A stretch of DNA of 42,842 bases from a virus (taxonomy: Duplodnaviria; Caudoviricetes): IMG/VR virus record IMGVR_UViG_3300012942_000073, positions 1 to 42,842 of that record. One strand, written 5' to 3'. The translations under genes and the position numbers were made by a program. This document shows positions 25,104 through 36,100 of the stretch, one piece after another. The notes below the pieces were generated by a model. It worked only from the letters and a program-made list of their open reading frames with translations. It made no database searches and was not told the origin of the DNA. Positions within the stretch are counted from its first letter, which is position 1, and each line of letters starts with the position of its first letter.

Positions 25104-25460
25104 ATGATCGAGATCGACCTCAACAGCGACACCTTCACCCGCACCGTGAAGGTGCGCTTCGCGCAGCCCTCCGGTAGCTTCCGCGAGGGGGATTTCAAGG
25201 CCACCTTCAAGCGTATCGATAAGGCTCGGCTGAACGCCTTCTTGGACCCGGAAGCTGGCTACAGCCCCGACGAAGTGCTGGATGAAGTGCTGCTGGGCGT
25301 CAGCGGCATCGGCAAGTCCAAAACGGAAGAGCTGCCGCCCGACGAGGCCCTGGCCTGGGTGCGCAACTCCGTCGAGTGCTGCAACGCGGCGTTCCGCGAT
25401 TTTTTCGCGGCTATGCAACAGGAGCCTGGCGCCGAGAAAACCTCCGCGAAGCGGCGCTGA
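25104..25460 (+). CDS. Tail assembly chaperone (gpG-like)
   Basis: Lies between tube and tape measure genes and overlaps a -1 frame ORF. Confidence 0.75.
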   Translation: MIEIDLNSDTFTRTVKVRFAQPSGSFREGDFKATFKRIDKARLNAFLDPEAGYSPDEVLDEVLLGVSGIGKSKTEELPPDEALAWVRNSVECCNAAFRDFFAAMQQEPGAEKTSAKRR

Positions 25461-25840
25461 CCTGGCTGGAGATGTATCGCGCCGATGGCGCGAGCAGCCA
25501 CGACGAGGAAGTGGACGACATGGCCGCCGATCTGGCGGCCATGGGCGTAGCCGGCCTGGACGCCTGGCGAGACGCCAGCCTGACCGGCAATGACGACACC
25601 GACACCTGCCATGTGTGGCCGGAGAACGCCGACGCCGTGAACGTGTTCATCCGCTGCACCTGGCAGCGCACTGCCGTCAGCGATGGACAGCGCCTGCACC
25701 TGGTACCCACCGGCATCGCCGCGGGGGAAATTCGCCACGTGGCCGAGCTGCTGCGCGTGCCGCGCGCGGGCTGGCCGCAACTGCTGGACGATGTGCGGCT
25801 GATGGCGAAGGAGGTGCTGCCGGCGCTGCAGGCGATGTAG
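25400..25840 (+). CDS. Frameshifted chaperone extension (gpT-like, DUF1799-like)
   Basis: VWPENADAV.VF...WQ; reachable by a -1 slip at T TTT TTC (25400-25406). Confidence 0.7.
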   Translation, partial: FFRGYATGAWRRENLREAALTWLEMYRADGASSHDEEVDDMAADLAAMGVAGLDAWRDASLTGNDDTDTCHVWPENADAVNVFIRCTWQRTAVSDGQRLHLVPTGIAAGEIRHVAELLRVPRAGWPQLLDDVRLMAKEVLPALQAM

Positions 25841-25876
25841 GATCGGACCCGTTCACATACGGAACAGGGGACAATC

Positions 25877-26638
25877 ATGCGTAATCCGTGGCCTTCAGCT
25901 GTCGCCAGCCTACTCGTGGCTGGCATTCTTTCGGGCTGCGTCGTGCGGCCCAACATTGTGCCGCCGACGGCAATGCCAGCGCCGGCACCGACTCATGAAG
26001 TGGACAAGAGCTATAAGCTTGGCGTGCCTCAGTCCGCAGTAGTCGGAAACCCCATGATTAGGGTGAAGGATTATTGGGTGACGCGGCGAGATACTGGCGT
26101 TTATACGTTGCCTATTGCGGTGAAATTTGGACACCATCCATTCGGCAAGGACGAGTTTTTCCCTTCCGGTACTCCGGTGCGCCTGGCTGGATATGTTAAC
26201 GAAAATGGAGTTAATTACCGGGTAGTGGTGTTCCCGGGGCAGGATGCCAGGTTCTTCCCTTTGCTAGTTGATTCGAGCGGAAAGTACGCTGGAATAGCCT
26301 TGAACATGATGGCAGGCGGAGCGCCATTCCATCCAGGTGGCGGAAAAATACTCACCGTGGAATATAGTGGGGAATTGAATTTTCCAGATTCCACGATTGA
26401 GTCTGTTTCAAGTGATGGTGGATATATTAATTATGAATTAATATACGCAGGATCAAGTGGAGACAGCATTAATTTGATATATAGAGAATATACGGCGGAT
26501 AATCTTGCGAGGGCCGCGTTTAATCAAAATCTTACTTATGATAAGAGTTCTTCATCTATCCGTTTCAAGAATCTACATATAAGCATTCTTGAGGCGAATA
26601 ATGAGGAAATTAAATTTGTTGTTGATAGTGATCAATAA
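25877..26638 (+). CDS. Low-GC lipoprotein moron
   Basis: Signal peptide with lipobox ILSGC; visibly AT-rich relative to its flanks. Confidence 0.8.
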   Translation: MRNPWPSAVASLLVAGILSGCVVRPNIVPPTAMPAPAPTHEVDKSYKLGVPQSAVVGNPMIRVKDYWVTRRDTGVYTLPIAVKFGHHPFGKDEFFPSGTPVRLAGYVNENGVNYRVVVFPGQDARFFPLLVDSSGKYAGIALNMMAGGAPFHPGGGKILTVEYSGELNFPDSTIESVSSDGGYINYELIYAGSSGDSINLIYREYTADNLARAAFNQNLTYDKSSSSIRFKNLHISILEANNEEIKFVVDSDQ

Positions 26639-26684
26639 CGATGCGCCTTTCCACCCTCTTGCGTGGCGCAGCATAAAAGCGCAG

Positions 26685-26714
26685 TTGACGACGACGGACC
26701 AGCGGCAGTAGGCT
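26685..26714 (+). promoter_or_regulatory. Sigma70-like promoter for the C4 unit
   Basis: TTGACG-N18-TAGGCT. Confidence 0.55.
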
Positions 26715-26769
26715 CGCCACCAAGGTGCTCAACACACCGACTCTGAGCGTCATCCGCGGGCGACATGTC

Positions 26770-26882
26770 GCGGTTTTTTTGTGACCATGGTTTTCCATGG
26801 TCGGGTAGCGCGCAGTCATACAAGACCCCGCAAGGGGGAAAACTGCGGGCCGTCTCAGAGCGGTGTTGAAGTACCCGGCCGC
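26770..26882 (+). ncRNA. C4-type antisense RNA (P1/P7 immI-like); boundaries approximate
   Basis: CTCAGAGCGGTGTTGAA (26854-26870) is complementary to upstream CAACACACCGACTCTGAG (26730-26747) and to TTCAAC..CTCTGAG (26901-26916) over the next RBS; CCCCGCAAGGGG hairpin. Confidence 0.7.
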
Positions 26883-26925
26883 CCCCTCAACAGGGGCTAT
26901 TTCAACGTACTCTGAGGACATACCC

Positions 26926-27180
26926 ATGGCCCAAGCCACCAGCACGCCCGTCGCCGTCATCCCTGACGAACCCCTCGAAAGCCTCGGCGCCAGCCTGCGC
27001 TGCATGGACGCCGAATCCATGCAGTTGGAGACCATCATGGAGTTCCTGCAGGACCAATGCGGGGACAACGTGACCGCCATCACTTTCATGCTGCAGCCCC
27101 ACCTGACCCAGTTGCGGGGCGAGGTGGAGGCCATGCTGGTGCACCTGGACGAGATGAAGAAGCGCAGCGCTTCCCATTGA
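26926..27180 (+). CDS. C4-controlled small protein (84 aa)
   Basis: GAGGA RBS overlaps the antisense target. Confidence 0.7.
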   Translation: MAQATSTPVAVIPDEPLESLGASLRCMDAESMQLETIMEFLQDQCGDNVTAITFMLQPHLTQLRGEVEAMLVHLDEMKKRSASH

Positions 27181-27205
27181 AAACCGTGCAGCCGCGGCAC
27201 ACGGT
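27171..27205 (+). promoter_or_regulatory. Putative late promoter 3 (tape measure operon)
   Basis: TTCCCATTGA-N17-CACACGGT. Confidence 0.7.
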
Positions 27206-27237
27206 CGGGCCGTCCGCCCTGACCGTGTGCCGCCGCG

Positions 27238-30200
27238 ATGCCCAACAAGAACCGTCTGGAGCTTTCCGTGGTCCTGACCGGCGACGGTTCGGGGCTGACC
27301 GGTACCGTGCATGTGGCCGAGGCCGACCTGCAGAGCCTGGGGCGGCAGTTCGACCAGGTAGGTGCCAAGGCGCGAGGCGCAGGGGAGCAGGCTTCCGCGG
27401 GATTGGCCAAGGCGCGTGATGGCGCAGACTCGGCCGCCGGCATGTTGCAGCGCATGCGGCAGGAACTAGCCGGCATTGTGAGCGCTGCTGCCCTGGTAGA
27501 GGTTGGCCGTGGGCTGGCCCGCATGGCCGACGAATACGCCAACATCGGGGCTCGCTTGCGGCTGGCGTCCGATGGCACCGCCAGCTTTGCCGACGCCCAG
27601 CGCCAAGCGCTGGCGGTAGCGCAGCGGACAGGGGCCGCGCTGTCATCCACCGCCGACCTCATCGGCAAGCTGTCTACCAGCTTCCGCTCGCTGGGCGGTG
27701 ACGCCAATACCAGCTTCAAGGCAGCGGTGCAGCTTAGCCAGACCATCAACCAGGCCGTGGCGCTCTCCGGCGCCAGTGCCGCATCAGCGGATGCAGCCAT
27801 CGTGCAGTTGGGCCAAGGCTTGGCCAGTGGCACGTTGCGCGGCGACGAGCTGAATAGCGTGATGGAGCAGACGCCGCGCCTGGCGCGTGCCATTGCAGAG
27901 GGCATGGGCGTCACGGTGGGCCAGTTGCGCAATCTGGGGCAACAGGGGCAGATCACCGCCAAGCAAATCGTGGACGCGCTGAGCACGCAGGCCAGCAAGC
28001 TGGCTGGTGAGTACCAGCAGTTGCCCTTGACCATCGGCCGATCGTGGACGCAATTGCAGAATGCGGTGCTCAGTTACGTGGGCACGGCCGATCAGGCGAG
28101 TGGCGTCTCGCGCACCCTGGCGCAGGGCATCAGCACTGTGGCGCAGCATATCGATGATATCGGGCGTGCCGTGGTGACGCTGGGCGAAGTGGTAGCCACC
28201 GTCTATGCGGCAAAAATGATCCGGTCTGGGTCGGAATGGATTGTAAGCCTGGCGGCGCAGTCAGCGTCCGTCGCGGCCAATGGCGTGGCGGTGGAGGGAT
28301 GGGGAGCAAAGACGGCAGCCAGCTTCAGCAATGCGATGAAGAATATCGGAGCGCTGGGTATCGCCTTCAATGTAGTCGGCTCCGCCATTGCTGGCTGGCA
28401 GGTCGGGAGCTACCTCCGCGACCAGTTTCTCCAAGCGCGCCTGGCAGGGGTGGCACTGGTCGATGGGTTGTTGTCGGGCTGGGAGAACATCAAGTACGGC
28501 GCGCAGGTAGCGTGGACCGCGATCAGCTTCGGCTTCTCCAAAGCCATCGAATCCATGCGCGCCACAGTGGCCTCGTTCTTCAGCGACATGGCGAGCCGGG
28601 CGGCCAAGGTTCCTGACTGGCTGGGGGGTGGAAAGCTCGCCTCGGCTTACCAGGGACTTGCCGATGCCGTGCGCCCCGTGACCGATGCCACGGCGGACTA
28701 TACGGCCAAGCTCCAGGCGCTTGACGTCCAGCACGCGGCGGATCTGAAGCAGATTCACAGCGCCACGGATAGCATGGCGGATTACGAGATCAGCCAGCAG
28801 GCCGCGGCAAATGCGGCCAAGCAGCACTCCAGTGCGGTGAAGGATCAGGGCGATGTCCTACAGAAGCTGATGCAGCAGCTTCATGGCGGCACGGCATCCC
28901 TAAAGGCTCAGGCTGCTGCGGCCAAAGCCGCCGCGGCGGCAACCCGGGACTTGGCAAAACTGGCGGACATGGCCGATGAGGCGGCCGGCCGCTTCAGCGG
29001 TCCCCTGGACAAAGCATGGGCGGACAGCGCAAAGCGCATCCGCGACATTGCCACATTGGTCGCCGATCTGACGAAGCAACTGGAGCGCTCCGGTGTACCC
29101 GCCGTGCAGGCCGAGGCCCGGGCGCACCAGGTACTGGAAACCAATCTGGCTGCCGAAACGCAGGCGCGAAACCGAGCGCTGGCCGCCGCCCGCGACCAGA
29201 TAGACGTGGCCGGCAAGATGGTGCGGCAGATCCAGCAGGAGGCCGAGCTTTCGACCCTCAGCGCTCGTGACCAGGCGATCGCCCGCGCCGGCATGCAGGC
29301 GGAGCAGCAACTGCGCCAGGGCAACTTGAACCTGACGCAGGACCAGATTGCCGCCCAGCGTGAGCAAGTGGAGTCGGCGGCCGCGGCCGCCTACGACATG
29401 GAGCAGTACGCCCAGCGCCAAAACCAGATCGCCCAGGAGTTCGCCGGCTTCTGGGAGAACGCCGCCAGTTCCATCAGCAAGGAATTCGGCGACCTGTTCA
29501 CGGGCCAGATCCACGACCTGAGGGACTTCACCAGCGAAGGCAAGTCGATCCTGCAGCAGTGGGTGAGCGACATCATTGCCCAGTTCCTGCGCCTGCGGGT
29601 GCTGGGGCCGATCCTGGGCGGCGCGATGAATACCGTAGCCGGTTGGTTGGGCATCACCGGCGACCTGAGTGGCAGCAGCCTCAGCCTCAACAGCGGCTAC
29701 TACGGCAGCGGCAGCACCGTGGGCACCACCGCCGGCTCGCTCGGCGGCGCGGGCGGCTACGCTAGCTACGTGCAAAACGGCCTGCAGGCGTATCGCCTGT
29801 ACAACTGGGCCAGCGGCCTCCTCGGCGGCTCTGCGGCGGCGAGCCCAGCCTATGCCGGCAGCGCCAGCGTGATCGACGCGGCGGGCAACATCGGTGGCAA
29901 CTTCGGTGCGGCCGCCGGCGGTATGTATGCGCCCGGCTACGCGCCGGTGGGTGGCGCGATCTACAACGTGGGCACGCCGGCCTACACGCCTTGGGGCGGC
30001 AGCTTCTCGATCGGCGGGTACAGCGCGCCATACGCCAGCGCCGCCGGCGGCGCGCTGGGCGCGTACTACGGCCTGCATCAGGGCGGCGGCGGGTTCAGCA
30101 CCGGCGTCAGCACCGTGGGTTACGGCGCGCTGGGCGCCGGCATCGCCGGCACGGCGGCGGGCGTCGCCGGCGGCGCCTCGCTGGGCACCGCGGCGACGGG

Positions 30201-32061
30201 CGCGTTCGGCGCGGCCGCGGCGAGCACGAGCTGGATTCCCATCGTGGGCTGGATCATGGCCGGCCTGGCCGCGCTCGATCACTTCTCCGGCGGCAAGGTG
30301 TTCGGCACCGACTGGCGTCCCGCGCAGAGCAACGTGACGCTGGGCGTGGGCCCCGATGGCAGCTCTGCCAGCGCCAACGAGCTGCTGTGGAAGTACAAGG
30401 GCCAGACGGGCCTCAGCCTGGGCGGCTTCCTGACGGGCGGCCTGTCGCAGCTCTCCTGGTGGGGCGACAAGAAGACGAAGACCGAGCAGCTCGACGTGAC
30501 GCCGGAAATGCTGCAGGCCGCGCAGCAGCTCTACGACTCGATGGAGAAGGTGCTGGTGTCCGGCGCGCAGAAGCTGGGCACCACCGTGCCGGACATGATC
30601 ACGGCCTCGCTGACGGCGCAGACGACGTACAACAAGAAGGGCAAGGCGCAGGGCACCGAGTACCTGGTGCAGTACTTGGGCCAGACCTGGAAGGAAGCCA
30701 CGGCCGAGGCCGCCTCGGAGCGCCTCGGCGCCGACGTGCTGCTCTCCGTCGTCGCCGCTTCCGCCGGCGACGTGGCGAACCAGATCGCGAAGCAGTGGCA
30801 GGACAGCGCCGACACGCTCGCCGACGGCGTGCAGACGCTGCTCGAGGCGCAGCAGGACATCGTGCGCGGCAACAGCCTGGTGGCGCTCGGCTCCAGCGCG
30901 ACGCTGAAGGAGGTGATCGCGTTCACCCAGAGCCTGCAGCAGGACGGCGAGAAGCTGGCCGACACGTACACGCGCCTGCAGCAGGCGAGCGCGGCCTACG
31001 AGCAGTTCGTAGGCCAGTTCCAGCCCACCAGCACCGACTTCGGCGCCAGCTTGGAAGCGATCGCGAAGCAGATGCAGGCGAACATCGACCAGGCGAACCA
31101 GCTCGCCCAGGCGGCGGGCATGCAGGCCGCGGCCGAGAGCGACCTGGCCAACATCCACGAGCAGGCCGCCGAGCAGGCGGCCACGGCGATCGCCCAGCTC
31201 AACAGCGCCGCGCAGGATCTCGCCGCGAAGCTGTACAACGTGAGCAACACCACGCTCTCCGCGGTCTCCGCCCAGCTCGACAAGCTGCAGGGCAAGACCC
31301 AGAGCGCGCTGCAACTCGCCATCGGCGACAGCAGCCCGTATAGCGACAAGCAAAAGCTCGACCTGGCCCTACAGGGGCTGCGCAGTGGCCTCACCAGCGC
31401 CGACGACGTGCTTGCGCTGGGCCGCAAGCTCTACGCCAGCAGCGCCGACTACACGGGCCTGTACAACAAGGTGCAGGACATCCTCGGCCTGCCGGGCGCG
31501 AGCGGCCAGCAGAGCCTGCAAGATGCGCTAAGCCAGTACACCAGCCTCTACGGCCAGCAGCAGCAACTGCAGGCACAGGCCGACGCCAGCCAGCGCTTCA
31601 CGGACGCGAAGACCCTGGCGCAGTACGTCGCGGACATCAGCACCACCCACGGCATCGGCTACAACGAGGCCGCGCAGGGCCTGGGCTTCAACCTCAACGA
31701 CCTGGCCAAGGATCTCGGCGTCCAGAACATCACCGGCTACCTGGACAGCCTGAAGCTGCAGGACATCCCCGGCACGACGATGGAAGCCAGCGCCAGCATC
31801 GTGGACGCCATCCAGAAGCTGGGCCGCGACCTGATCCAGACGCTGACCAGCGCGCCGATCACCAGTGCCACCGGCGTCACCGGCAGCACCGCGACGGCCA
31901 CGGCCGAGCAGACCGCACTGCTGAAGTCGATCGACCAGCGCCTGGCCGCGATCGAGGGCAGCACCAGCGACACCGCGGCAACGAACAAGACGATGGCCAA
32001 GGACAGCGCGAGCCAGAAGCTCAACCAACTGGCCCTGACCGGCCGCGGGATCATCGCGTGA
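27238..32061 (+). CDS. Tail tape measure protein
   Basis: 1607 aa, Ala/Gln-rich; QLGQGLASGTLRGDELNSVMEQTPRLA tape-measure domain. Confidence 0.95.
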   Translation: MPNKNRLELSVVLTGDGSGLTGTVHVAEADLQSLGRQFDQVGAKARGAGEQASAGLAKARDGADSAAGMLQRMRQELAGIVSAAALVEVGRGLARMADEYANIGARLRLASDGTASFADAQRQALAVAQRTGAALSSTADLIGKLSTSFRSLGGDANTSFKAAVQLSQTINQAVALSGASAASADAAIVQLGQGLASGTLRGDELNSVMEQTPRLARAIAEGMGVTVGQLRNLGQQGQITAKQIVDALSTQASKLAGEYQQLPLTIGRSWTQLQNAVLSYVGTADQASGVSRTLAQGISTVAQHIDDIGRAVVTLGEVVATVYAAKMIRSGSEWIVSLAAQSASVAANGVAVEGWGAKTAASFSNAMKNIGALGIAFNVVGSAIAGWQVGSYLRDQFLQARLAGVALVDGLLSGWENIKYGAQVAWTAISFGFSKAIESMRATVASFFSDMASRAAKVPDWLGGGKLASAYQGLADAVRPVTDATADYTAKLQALDVQHAADLKQIHSATDSMADYEISQQAAANAAKQHSSAVKDQGDVLQKLMQQLHGGTASLKAQAAAAKAAAAATRDLAKLADMADEAAGRFSGPLDKAWADSAKRIRDIATLVADLTKQLERSGVPAVQAEARAHQVLETNLAAETQARNRALAAARDQIDVAGKMVRQIQQEAELSTLSARDQAIARAGMQAEQQLRQGNLNLTQDQIAAQREQVESAAAAAYDMEQYAQRQNQIAQEFAGFWENAASSISKEFGDLFTGQIHDLRDFTSEGKSILQQWVSDIIAQFLRLRVLGPILGGAMNTVAGWLGITGDLSGSSLSLNSGYYGSGSTVGTTAGSLGGAGGYASYVQNGLQAYRLYNWASGLLGGSAAASPAYAGSASVIDAAGNIGGNFGAAAGGMYAPGYAPVGGAIYNVGTPAYTPWGGSFSIGGYSAPYASAAGGALGAYYGLHQGGGGFSTGVSTVGYGALGAGIAGTAAGVAGGASLGTAATGAFGAAAASTSWIPIVGWIMAGLAALDHFSGGKVFGTDWRPAQSNVTLGVGPDGSSASANELLWKYKGQTGLSLGGFLTGGLSQLSWWGDKKTKTEQLDVTPEMLQAAQQLYDSMEKVLVSGAQKLGTTVPDMITASLTAQTTYNKKGKAQGTEYLVQYLGQTWKEATAEAASERLGADVLLSVVAASAGDVANQIAKQWQDSADTLADGVQTLLEAQQDIVRGNSLVALGSSATLKEVIAFTQSLQQDGEKLADTYTRLQQASAAYEQFVGQFQPTSTDFGASLEAIAKQMQANIDQANQLAQAAGMQAAAESDLANIHEQAAEQAATAIAQLNSAAQDLAAKLYNVSNTTLSAVSAQLDKLQGKTQSALQLAIGDSSPYSDKQKLDLALQGLRSGLTSADDVLALGRKLYASSADYTGLYNKVQDILGLPGASGQQSLQDALSQYTSLYGQQQQLQAQADASQRFTDAKTLAQYVADISTTHGIGYNEAAQGLGFNLNDLAKDLGVQNITGYLDSLKLQDIPGTTMEASASIVDAIQKLGRDLIQTLTSAPITSATGVTGSTATATAEQTALLKSIDQRLAAIEGSTSDTAATNKTMAKDSASQKLNQLALTGRGIIA

Positions 32062-33110
32062 GCCGCCGCATCGTGCTTGTCGATATCGGCAGCGGCCTGA
32101 CGCTGAGCGGCGTGCTGCCCAGCGTGGCGCTGCACGGCAGCTACAACGCGAAGCTAATCGCGCGTGGGGGCCTGGCGCCATACACGTTCACTACTGCCAG
32201 CGTACTGCCGGAGGGTCTGTCGCTGGATCGCGCCACAGGCATCTTCTCTGCCACGGACGTCGCGACGCCGGGCACGTTTGCCATTGTGGTGACCGTTACC
32301 GATATCAGCGGAGCCACGGTAACGCGGGCGTTCGTGCTGCAAGTGATTCCGCAGCCGCTCACTATCGCGGGCGATGCTCCAAATGGTGCTACGGGGACAG
32401 CGTATGCGTATACCTACGCTGTGACCGGCGGGACGCCGCCGTATGCCTGGTCAATTGTCGCCGGGGCGTTGCCCAACGGCGTCGCCATAGACAGTGGCGT
32501 GGGCGAAATTTCGGGGATGCCGCAAGCGGGTAACTACGCGTGGACCGTGCGCTGCACGGATTCGGCCGGCATCACGGCAGAGTTGTCGGACGCCTGCGAG
32601 ATCATCGCCGTGAACCCGCTTGTGTGGGCGCAGACTGGGACGAAAACGAAATCGTCGACAGTCTCGTACACGTCCATTTATGGCTCGACGCGCAAGTCAT
32701 CGGGGAAATGGCAATACGAGATTATAGTGTCCACACCGAGCCCGAACGATTTCGTCGGAGGCATCGATGAGACTTCTGGTGCTAGCGCCAACCCCCTAGG
32801 CGCGGGCCCAACGAGCGCATTTTCACTTCGCAACAGTGGTCAACGACTAGCCTCATTCCCTAGCGGGAAGACGAACAATATCGGCTCCGTTCATTGGGTC
32901 TCGAATGACGTCATCACGGTCACGCTCGATCTCGACTCGACGCCGCCGACCGCGGCCATCTATGTGAACGGCGTGAAAGCGTTCGATGTGACCGGTATGC
33001 CGACAGGCCGGTCATGGACTGCCGCGTGGTCCTCCTATTCAGGCGGATCAGCCGTTACCCTCGCCAGCGCCATTCAGTACCCGGTGGCGGGCTATTCGGA
33101 TTGGGTGTAG
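32058..33110 (+). CDS. Tail protein with two Ig-like repeats and a SPRY-like domain
   Basis: GGLAPY...LPEGLSLD and GGTPPY...GALPNG repeats; SGKWQYE...DVITVTLDLD. Confidence 0.75.
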   Translation: MSRRIVLVDIGSGLTLSGVLPSVALHGSYNAKLIARGGLAPYTFTTASVLPEGLSLDRATGIFSATDVATPGTFAIVVTVTDISGATVTRAFVLQVIPQPLTIAGDAPNGATGTAYAYTYAVTGGTPPYAWSIVAGALPNGVAIDSGVGEISGMPQAGNYAWTVRCTDSAGITAELSDACEIIAVNPLVWAQTGTKTKSSTVSYTSIYGSTRKSSGKWQYEIIVSTPSPNDFVGGIDETSGASANPLGAGPTSAFSLRNSGQRLASFPSGKTNNIGSVHWVSNDVITVTLDLDSTPPTAAIYVNGVKAFDVTGMPTGRSWTAAWSSYSGGSAVTLASAIQYPVAGYSDWV

Positions 33111-33112
33111 GT

Positions 33113-36100
33113 ATGAATTACGCCACCTTTGATCCGACCGAACTCGGCGCCATGCTGGAATTGGAACAATCCGGCACCGTCCTCGCCGTCATCGACACCG
33201 CCGACATCAATCGCACGGCACTGGCCATCCAGCCGCAGGCCACCGGCCGCTGGTATGCCGAATTACTGGTTTACGGCACCGGTGACCTGCTCGCCAGCCT
33301 TGGTATCGCGCAGGACGCCGCCTCGCTGGCCACCTACGTCGGCGGCGATGCCAACGGCTACGGCTACCGCATGGCCGATGGCGAGATCCACAACGCCGGC
33401 GCCAGCGTAGCTGGCGTCACCGCTGGCGCGAAGGGCGACATCATCGGCCTCCTGCTCGACCTGACTACGTCGGTACCCACCGTGGGCTGGTATCGCAATG
33501 GCCAGTCGCTGAAGACGCTACCGCTCGACAGCACCGGCCCGTGGATGCTCGCCGCCAGCCTGGGCGGCAGCGAAGCCTACGGCTTGCGCTGCTTCCTCAA
33601 TGCCGGCCAGCGCGCGTTCGAGTTCGCGCCGGACGGCGTGCAGGGCTGGTTCGAGCCGCCGCCGTCGCTGCGCGGCCTGAAGCTGGCCAGCGAGGACTGG
33701 CTCAGCGACCCTGCCGACGAAGTGCCGAACGCGCGCTACGACGGCTTGCTGAACGGCCAGGACAACGAGCTGCGCGCCGTGCGCAGCCTGGACTTCTGGC
33801 CGTGGCAGCGCGGCGTGAAGTCGGGCGCGATGGTGCTCTCCGCGCTCGATGCGGAGGGCACGTTCGCCGAGCTGCTCAGCAGCGATGCCCGCGACATGCC
33901 GGTGCGCATCGGCCAGATCACGCGCGGGCAGACCTACGCGGACCGCGTGAACCTGTTCTCTGCCGTGATCGACAACGTGACGGCGGTGGACGACCTGCAG
34001 GTGAAGCTGACATGCCGCGACCTGCTGGCGCTGCTTGCGGTACCGCTGCAGCGCCGGCTGATCCGGCCGGATGCCGACCCGAGCAGCGCGAACCAGCCGT
34101 GGCCGATCCTGTTGGGCGCGTGTCGCAACGTGCCGTGCGTATTGCTGGACGCCACGACCTACACCTACGCCGTGGCCGATGCGCCGCTGCTGGGCGTCGG
34201 CTTCGGACGCGACAGCGGCTACCCCTACGACCCCGCGGCCGCGCCGCCGGACTTCACGCTGTCGTCGAGCAAGACCAACATCGTGCTGCACGCCCAGCCG
34301 CAGGGCGTGGTGACGATCGATGCGAGCAGCGTGGGCGGCCAGCAACTGCCCACGCCGGGCGATGACATCCTCGGCGGCGCCGGCGCGCCGTTCACCGGCG
34401 ACGACGGCGCCGCGCCCACGGGCTGGGATGACGTCGGCGGCGACGTGCCGCAGGCCACGCCCGTGATGAACAGCGGCGTGCTGGAGTTTCCCCTGGTGCA
34501 GGTGGCGCCGACGATCTACGCCAAGGTGCCGGTCTACACCAGCGGCGCGGTGGGCAGCATCGCGCTGGAGCTGGACTGGATCGACGACGCCGGCAACGTC
34601 GTCGGCTCGATGACCTCGGTGAGCGTGACGGGCACCCATGCCTGGGACGACATCGACCTGATCGACACGGCGCCGGCGACCGCGGTTACCGGGCGGCTGC
34701 GCACGCCGACGAACAACCACACCGCCGGCGTGATCCGTGTGGGCGCTATCCAGGCATACTATGTGCGCTACGGCGACCACGACGCGATCGACCTGCAGAA
34801 CCCGTCGTTCGAGGACAATATGAACGGCTGGTCATCGACGTCGCCGAACTGGCAGATCGTCGAGGACAAGGCGTGGAGCGGCAGCAAGTCGATCAAGTAC
34901 AACGGCGGCGCCGGTAGCCGCTGCACGAACGCCGGTGTGGCGCCGGTGACGGCGGGCCAGCGCATCAGCGCGAGCTGCCGCATCAGCCTGGATAAGCCGG
35001 GCGGCACCAACCCCTACGGTGCACTGCGCATCACGTGGCTCGACGCCGGCAACCACGAAATCGGCTCCAGCCGCAGCGGTTCGATCACACATGGTGACCA
35101 GGGCAACTTCGATCTGTGCTCCGTGAGCGGTTCCGCGCCGGCCGATGGCTACGCCGTGATCGAGCTCGAGGCCGGCAACGGCAACGGCGGCGCGGCCGGC
35201 GCACTGTTCGATGCCGTGCAGTGGGATTTCGTCTTGGAGCCGGCCGGCGGCGTGCGCACGCAGATCGACCTGGGCGACCTGACGCAGGCCGACCGCTGGC
35301 AGCTTGGCCAGAACTGGACGCTGCAGCCGGCCGGCGCGAACGGCCCGGACGGCGCGGCCTATGCGGAGCACGCTCCCGGGCCGCCCGGCGCCAGCACCGC
35401 GCTGGTGGCCGTGCGCGCGGCAAACGTCCGGCAGGCCGTGAGCTACCTCGGCTGGGCCGGCATCTCCACGGCGAAGATCGGCGCGGGCAAGAGCTACAAG
35501 GTGCAGATCACCATCCCTTCGCTGCCGGCGGACGGGATGACGTACATCGCGCTGGCCACCGGCACCACGATCGACAGCGCGCTGGCGAGCTGGAACAAGG
35601 CCGGCACCTACGAGGTGACGATCACGAACACGGATGGCGTGGACCACAGCCTGTACCTGCTGTCGATCCCGTTGAGCGCCGGGGGCAGCATCGTGCCGGT
35701 ACCGCCGCAGGTCAGCGACATCCAGGTGATGACCTACGACGACACCTACACGCCCGACCCGCGCGACACGACGCCGGCGACACTGCAGGCGATCAAGCTG
35801 TCCGACTACCTGCACGAGGTGCTCGACGTGCGCGGCGCCCAGGCCGGCGTGCAGTGGTCGCTGGAAGACGCCCAGGCGATCGACACCGCGACCGGCTACG
35901 CCGGCCTCGGCGTCTACCTGGACGGCGGCGAGACCATCGCCCAGGCGCTGGACATGGCGCTGGCCAGCTACACGGCCTGCAAATGGGCGGACGGCACGGG
36001 CAAGCTGCGGTTCACGCAGTTGATCGACCCGGCGAGCGTCGCCGCCGGCGATCGCGCCGGCACGATCGACCTCAACGCGATGGGCGGCGACCTGGTGCCG

